This document shows positions 7,176-10,701 of a DNA stretch of 10,701 nt, in pieces. Below the pieces are notes generated by a model that saw nothing but the letters and a program-made list of their open reading frames with translations, made no database searches and was not told where the DNA came from. Source of the stretch: a virus (taxonomy: Duplodnaviria; Heunggongvirae; Uroviricota; Caudoviricetes). Positions within the stretch are counted from its first letter, which is position 1; every line of letters begins with the position of its first letter. Location of the stretch: positions 64,001 to 74,701 of IMG/VR virus record IMGVR_UViG_3300027917_003468; one strand, 5' to 3'. The position numbers were made by a program, and so were the translations under genes.

Positions 7176-7364
7176 GTGCCAACACTTCGTAAAGGGGAAA
7201 AACGGTCTAGTTATATCTCTCGCTGAATATCCCAATCAGTGAGGGAAGGTATTCCTCAGAAACAAGCTATAGGGCGCTGCCATGGAATGTATAAAAGTGG
7301 GCTGAAAAAACGTAGAAGGAAAACAACTAAAAAATCCAGACGTAAAAGAGCTAGACGGAGATAG
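7176..7364 (+). CDS. Small basic protein (62 aa) with in-frame TGA at codon 17; candidate selenoprotein, alternatively a pseudogene
   Basis: GGAGG RBS at 7163-7167 and GTG at 7176. Translation MPTLRKGEKRSSYISR(TGA 7224-7226)ISQSVREGIPQKQAIGRCHGMYKSGLKKRRRKTTKKSRRKRARRR, TAG 7362-7364. It fills the gap between neighbouring genes exactly. Absent from the ORF track. Confidence 0.65.
7240..7258 (+). promoter_or_regulatory. Bacterial SECIS-like hairpin downstream of the in-frame UGA
   Basis: UGAGG-(G bulge)-AA [GGUA] UU-CCUCA. The apical loop starts 21 nt after the UGA and is A-U closed with GGU, similar to the E. coli fdhF SECIS loop A[GGUC]U. Confidence 0.45.
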
Positions 7365-7366
7365 AA

Positions 7367-7492
7367 GTGCCTACGAATAAAAATTTTGTAACCAAAAATA
7401 AAGTGGCTTGTTATGTCCCTACACTATGGCCAGGAAGAAAAAAGAGGACGAAAAGGAAACGTTATTTAGTGAAAAGATCGACAAGAAGATAG
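7367..7492 (+). CDS. Small basic peptide (41 aa)
   Basis: GGAG at 7357-7360 and GTG at 7367. MPTNKNFVTKNKVACYVPTLWPGRKKRTKRKRYLVKRSTRR, TAG 7490-7492. Same MPT start and basic tail as the upstream gene. Too short to be sure. Confidence 0.45.
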   Translation: MPTNKNFVTKNKVACYVPTLWPGRKKRTKRKRYLVKRSTRR

Positions 7493-7502
7493 TAAAAATC
7501 AT

Positions 7503-7531
7503 TTGTAAACTAGAGATGATTAGAGTATAAT
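7503..7531 (+). promoter_or_regulatory. Sigma70-type promoter upstream of 7575
   Basis: TTGTAA (7503-7508), 17-nt spacer, TATAAT (7526-7531), in an intergenic gap. Confidence 0.6.
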
Positions 7532-7574
7532 TGTAACTAGTATAACATCTAACAGAAGAGGTGAAGAGCTGATC

Positions 7575-7967
7575 ATGCAGACTAAAATACCCAAAACCCA
7601 AAAGCGCTTCGTATACAACACTTCAACGGGTGAATATGAAAGTAATATTACAGGTTGTGGAGTACCTTCCGTTCCGTACATCATAAATCTAGCCAGTGTC
7701 TCTACGAGTAATTGGAACTCTTCTTGGCAAATTCCATTAGGATGTAGAGCTGTACGAATCTCCAAAAGAGGAAAAAATAACTCGTATCGAGTATCAGCAG
7801 ATGCAGCGGGGGCTACTTACATTACAGTAGGTGGTACGGAAGTTTTTGACCTTGGAGAAATGTTTGGACCAGAAGATCCAACGGTACTCTATTTTCAGTG
7901 CGTAACTGCACCGGATACGATTGAAATTATGTATTGGCTAGATGGTTCAGAATGTCATACACCTTAA
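7575..7967 (+). CDS. Hypothetical beta-rich protein, paralog A
   Basis: GAGGTG RBS. Colinear similarity to 8020-8586: TGCGVPSV, W.IP.GCRA.RI, R.SADAAGATYIT, FGPE....LYFQC, YW.DG.ECHTP. Confidence 0.8.
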   Translation: MQTKIPKTQKRFVYNTSTGEYESNITGCGVPSVPYIINLASVSTSNWNSSWQIPLGCRAVRISKRGKNNSYRVSADAAGATYITVGGTEVFDLGEMFGPEDPTVLYFQCVTAPDTIEIMYWLDGSECHTP

Positions 7968-8019
7968 TACAATTCATACACAACCTAGTACTTTACAACA
8001 ATACTGAAAGCACATACTA

Positions 8020-8586
8020 GTGGTAATATATAAAGATACGAAGTCTATCAAAGTTATGCGTAGAGCTGCGGGATCTTGCGCTTATACTAGCTATCTTACT
8101 GGTTGTGGCGTTCCTTCAGTTGCTTACTGTGTACAACTACTTACAGTTTCTACCTCTGATTGGGGTGCAGCTTGGGAAATTCCTTTTGGGTGTAGGGCAT
8201 TCAGGATTCGTAGAGAATCCGCTTCTGCTGGATTTAGAATTTCCGCCGATGCTGCTGGTGCTACATATATAACAATGGGAAATGGAGAATTCTATAACCT
8301 AGACGAGTATTTTGGTCCCGAAAACACGGTCACCTTATACTTCCAATGTTTAAGTAGTGAAGGAGATATACGTATAATTTATTGGATGGATGGCCAAGAA
8401 TGTCACACTCCTACTGGTACTGTATATTCTAGTTCAAGTTCAAAATCAAGTAGCAGCTTGAGCAGCAGTTCTTCATCTTCAAGCTCTAGTTCAAGATCTA
8501 GTTCTAGTTCTAGTTCGAGTTCCAGTTCCAGTTCTAGTTCGAGATCCAGTTCTTGCTCATCTAGTTCAAGTAGTAATCCTGTGTAG
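8020..8586 (+). CDS. Hypothetical protein, paralog B, with poly-Ser tail
   Basis: Paralog of 7575-7967 plus a C-terminal Ser tract. The start is uncertain (GTG 8020 or the later ATG of MRRAAG). Confidence 0.78.
   Translation: MVIYKDTKSIKVMRRAAGSCAYTSYLTGCGVPSVAYCVQLLTVSTSDWGAAWEIPFGCRAFRIRRESASAGFRISADAAGATYITMGNGEFYNLDEYFGPENTVTLYFQCLSSEGDIRIIYWMDGQECHTPTGTVYSSSSSKSSSSLSSSSSSSSSSSRSSSSSSSSSSSSSSSRSSSCSSSSSSNPV
8428..8574 (+). repeat. Poly-serine tract, 44 of 49 codons Ser, partly (AGTTCN)n
   Basis: Direct count from the translation. AGY and TCN codons are mixed and often alternate. Confidence 0.95.
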
Positions 8587-8596
8587 GTATGAGTGG

Positions 8597-8625
8597 TTGA
8601 GTTTAAAATAGTTTTTTGTTACAGT
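8597..8625 (+). promoter_or_regulatory. Possible sigma70-type promoter upstream of 8650
   Basis: TTGAGT (8597-8602), 17-nt spacer, TACAGT (8620-8625), with TG at 8617-8618. Weaker match than the other two. Confidence 0.35.
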
Positions 8626-8649
8626 ATAACCTATAAGTGAGAAGGTAAA

Positions 8650-8856
8650 ATGGCTAAAAAGAAAAAGAAGTGGATTCAAAAGGCCATAAAGCATCCCAAC
8701 GCTCTCAGAAGATCACTAAAAACAAAAAAGGGCAAGAGAATTCCAGCTAAGAGATTGACAAAAGCAACTAAGAGCAAAAACCCGACATTGAGACGCCGAG
8801 CCTTTCTAGCTAAAACCCTAAGGAAACTAGCTGCCAAAAGAAAAAAGAAGAGATAG
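8650..8856 (+). CDS. Small, very basic phage protein (68 aa), possibly DNA-condensing
   Basis: MAKKKKKWIQKAIKHPNALRRSL...IPAKRL.KA...RRRAFLAKTL resembles a recurrent small phage protein pattern (WIQxAIKxPxAL...RAxLAxTL). GAAGG RBS. Confidence 0.75.
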   Translation: MAKKKKKWIQKAIKHPNALRRSLKTKKGKRIPAKRLTKATKSKNPTLRRRAFLAKTLRKLAAKRKKKR

Positions 8857-8889
8857 TGAGAACACTATTAGTTTTTAGTTGCATTTCTG

Positions 8890-8931
8890 ATAGCTTGGAT
8901 TCCGAAGGGAGAATCCAGGCTATATTTATTT
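8890..8931 (+). terminator. Hairpin, probable terminator
   Basis: 13-bp stem ATAGCTTGGATTC (8890-8902) / GAATCCAGGCTAT (8911-8923), followed by ATTTATTT, in an intergenic gap. Confidence 0.55.
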
Positions 8932-8949
8932 CTATAGGAGAATCCTGCT

Positions 8950-9450
8950 ATGGTTAGAGAAATTTATATCGGTCAATCCGTCCGTATCTACGTTACAATT
9001 TACGATGCAGATGGAATCACTCCTCTTAGTGGGGATGATTATACTGACTTCTCTGCTGTTCTAATCAAAGACGGTCAAGTACAAGCTTTGACTCTCACTC
9101 CCGGCAATTTTGACGAATGTGGAACTTCTGGAACCTATACTTTTATCTATACACCAACACAGGCAGGAACTTATTATGTCCGACTAAAGGGGAATAATGA
9201 TTATTATAATGCTTGGAACGGTGAGACATTTATAGTCAAACTTTCTACTACAGGTCTTTCTCTTATAGAAAAAGCTTTAAAAAATAGAATCACAATAGAG
9301 CTAGGCGGAGACGGACACTACTATCAAGTTGTGTATGCAGATAACGGAACAAGTGTATTTATGAAGTGGAGACTCTACGATAAAGATGGGAATGATATAT
9401 CCCTAACCGGAAGAGGACCGGCTTCTCGTGGCACTCCAATTACCTCATAA
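8950..9450 (+). CDS. Probable virion structural protein, Ig-like beta-sandwich N-terminus
   Basis: AGGAG RBS. Alternating beta-strand pattern YIGQSVRIYVTIYDADG...GTYTFIYTPTQAGTYYVRL. The fold call is inference. Confidence 0.55.
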   Translation: MVREIYIGQSVRIYVTIYDADGITPLSGDDYTDFSAVLIKDGQVQALTLTPGNFDECGTSGTYTFIYTPTQAGTYYVRLKGNNDYYNAWNGETFIVKLSTTGLSLIEKALKNRITIELGGDGHYYQVVYADNGTSVFMKWRLYDKDGNDISLTGRGPASRGTPITS

Positions 9451-9460
9451 GGGATAAAGC

Positions 9461-9718
9461 ATGCTTGTAGTAGGCGGATTCATTTCAGGAACAATGAGTA
9501 CTCGTGGCTTCGGGTCATACGCAGCTATTGAAGAATTTATGGTTGCTAGCATGACACTAAAACAATTGGGTATAGATTTTGCATTGGCTAGACCGTTATC
9601 TACGCAGTTCTCATTATCGGTCGCTGAAGGAGAAATACAGATTAGCACTCTTGATATTGAATGGGAAGCACCTAAACAACCCTATGCTCGTATATATATG
9701 AAATATACCTCGAATTAA
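9461..9718 (+). CDS. Hypothetical protein (85 aa)
   Basis: AAGGGA RBS; fills the gap between two co-oriented genes. Confidence 0.65.
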   Translation: MLVVGGFISGTMSTRGFGSYAAIEEFMVASMTLKQLGIDFALARPLSTQFSLSVAEGEIQISTLDIEWEAPKQPYARIYMKYTSN

Positions 9719-9734
9719 ATAAGGAGAGTTTCCA

Positions 9735-10046
9735 ATGGAAGAGATCAACGAGGAAACTACATGTGTTATTACAATTGATTTTCTAGATGAGAATGATGCT
9801 GCTATTACCCCAGATACAGCCAACTGGATTCTTTATGATTCTTTCAGTGGAACAAACCGGAGAACGGGAACTATCTCTTCTCCTACTTCTTCATATGATC
9901 TTGAATTGACACCAGATGATAACCAGATATTAAGCATCAATAACCGGTATGAGGTGGCCACTCTGTATGTAAACTTCACTTATGGAGGAAGGACAGGTAA
10001 GGGGGAATATTCGTATAAAATCATGAACCTAGCAAAAGTTGAGTAA
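9735..10046 (+). CDS. Probable virion structural protein (acidic, beta-sandwich-like)
   Basis: AAGGAG RBS. Pattern ITIDFLDENDAAITP.TA.W.LYD...YDLELTP.DN.IL...L.V.FTYG resembles phage baseplate/adaptor-type beta-sandwich proteins. Confidence 0.55.
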   Translation: MEEINEETTCVITIDFLDENDAAITPDTANWILYDSFSGTNRRTGTISSPTSSYDLELTPDDNQILSINNRYEVATLYVNFTYGGRTGKGEYSYKIMNLAKVE

Positions 10047-10183
10047 AATTTAAGGAGAGCAAAAGATAAGGATCCTGTATAAGCTAAAGTCACATCTTGC
10101 AAGAAATCCAAAAGGAGAAGGTGGCTTATATAGGAATCCTTCAAATAATTCACAAATAGGAACTGTAATGAAAGGAGATGAAG

Positions 10184-10701
10184 ATGCGCTGTCCATTTTG
10201 TAAAGATAAGAGGAAAGCAGATAATAAAGAGTGGGACAAGAAAATTGACGAGCATATGGTAGTTACGAAGGATATGAACGGTTATATCCACGTACATGCC
10301 CCAACCGCAGATTTTCATGGCAAAGCCCAAATTCGACAGTTCATTGATACAATAGCCAGTCAAACAGGAATCAAAGATCTCAGTGATTCAGGTCAAGTAA
10401 TGTCTGGTAATATATGTTATTACTGCTCTCCACCGGAAACAATCGGTGACGGCGATCAGACTATTATGGAGCATCTAGTTGTTACTAGAGATTCGCATAA
10501 TCATATACATGTCCATGGGCCGCTTGAAAAGAAAAATATTATGGAAGAGATGGTTGATGCTGTCTGCCAACATGCTGAGATAGATAATCCTAACATCAAA
10601 ACTGGACTAGAACAACCTCACGTAGCAGTAGTCAGTAAGAAAGCACCTGAGCAAATCGTTTTTAAGAACCGACAAGCAATTGGTGATATTCTAACGATGA
10701 C
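10184..10701 (+). CDS. 3'-truncated protein: two CxxC/HxH modules, then the start of a GT9-like (heptosyltransferase-fold) domain
   Basis: AAGGAG at 10172-10177 and ATG at 10184; open to the window end and not in the ORF track. MRCPFC...EHMVVTKDMNGYIHVHAP and CYYC...EHLVVTRDSHNHIHVHGP, then IVFKNRQAIGDILTM, which resembles the GT9 N-terminal xGIGDxL motif. Confidence 0.7.
   Translation, partial: MRCPFCKDKRKADNKEWDKKIDEHMVVTKDMNGYIHVHAPTADFHGKAQIRQFIDTIASQTGIKDLSDSGQVMSGNICYYCSPPETIGDGDQTIMEHLVVTRDSHNHIHVHGPLEKKNIMEEMVDAVCQHAEIDNPNIKTGLEQPHVAVVSKKAPEQIVFKNRQAIGDILTM

Noticed and set aside
7426-7530. Short ORF MARKKKEDEKETLFSEKIDKKIVKIICKLEMIRV
   Set aside because: No RBS; it overlaps the RBS-supported 7367-7492 ORF and the predicted promoter. 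Not fully excluded.
7968-8019. Possible degenerate copy of the paralog N-terminus (LVLYNNTESTY versus FVYNTSTGEY) in the gap
   Set aside because: Too short and weak to distinguish from chance.
8428-8574. CRISPR array or non-coding microsatellite
   Set aside because: No repeat-spacer structure; it is an in-frame Ser tract with degenerate third positions.
64-10363. Minus-strand ORFs in the track (64-264, 421-672, 1087-1623, 2033-2230, 2296-2541, 2621-2845, 2870-3127, 3890-4096, 6117-6320, 6431-6751, 6436-6675, 7419-7601, 7520-7765, 9445-9648, 9614-9823, 9980-10363)
   Set aside because: All overlap better-supported plus-strand genes and show no recognisable motifs; treated as shadow ORFs.
1-10701. 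Genome-wide TGA reassignment (genetic code 4 or 25)
   Set aside because: Long ORFs contain no in-frame TGA, and TGA 6009-6011 acts as a stop in an ATGA overlap. Only the 7224 case looks recoded.

Overview
AT-rich, single-strand (+) gene block from a tailed bacteriophage or prophage morphogenesis/late region. The likely host is a bacterium: there are AGGAG ribosome-binding sites, sigma70-type promoters and a peptidoglycan amidase. Gene order: partial scaffold-like gene; major capsid protein gene split by a group I intron (423-957) that carries an HTH/zinc-finger ORF; terminator; basic protein; GT2-like glycosyltransferase; DUF1360-like membrane protein; trypsin-like serine protease with a 171-aa mini-intein inserted immediately before its catalytic Ser; Amidase_3 endolysin; holin-like protein; tandem-PAS protein without an output domain; HNH endonuclease; a small basic gene with an in-frame UGA followed by a bacterial SECIS-like hairpin (candidate selenoprotein, missed by the ORF track); more small basic proteins; two tandem paralogs, one with a poly-Ser tail; three probable virion proteins; and a partial gene with duplicated CxxC/HxH modules running into a GT9-like motif. 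The main signals are three separate recoding or splicing events (RNA splicing, protein splicing, possible Sec insertion) and an orphan PAS sensor inside the lysis cassette. All family assignments are by-eye motif recognition, not database searches.
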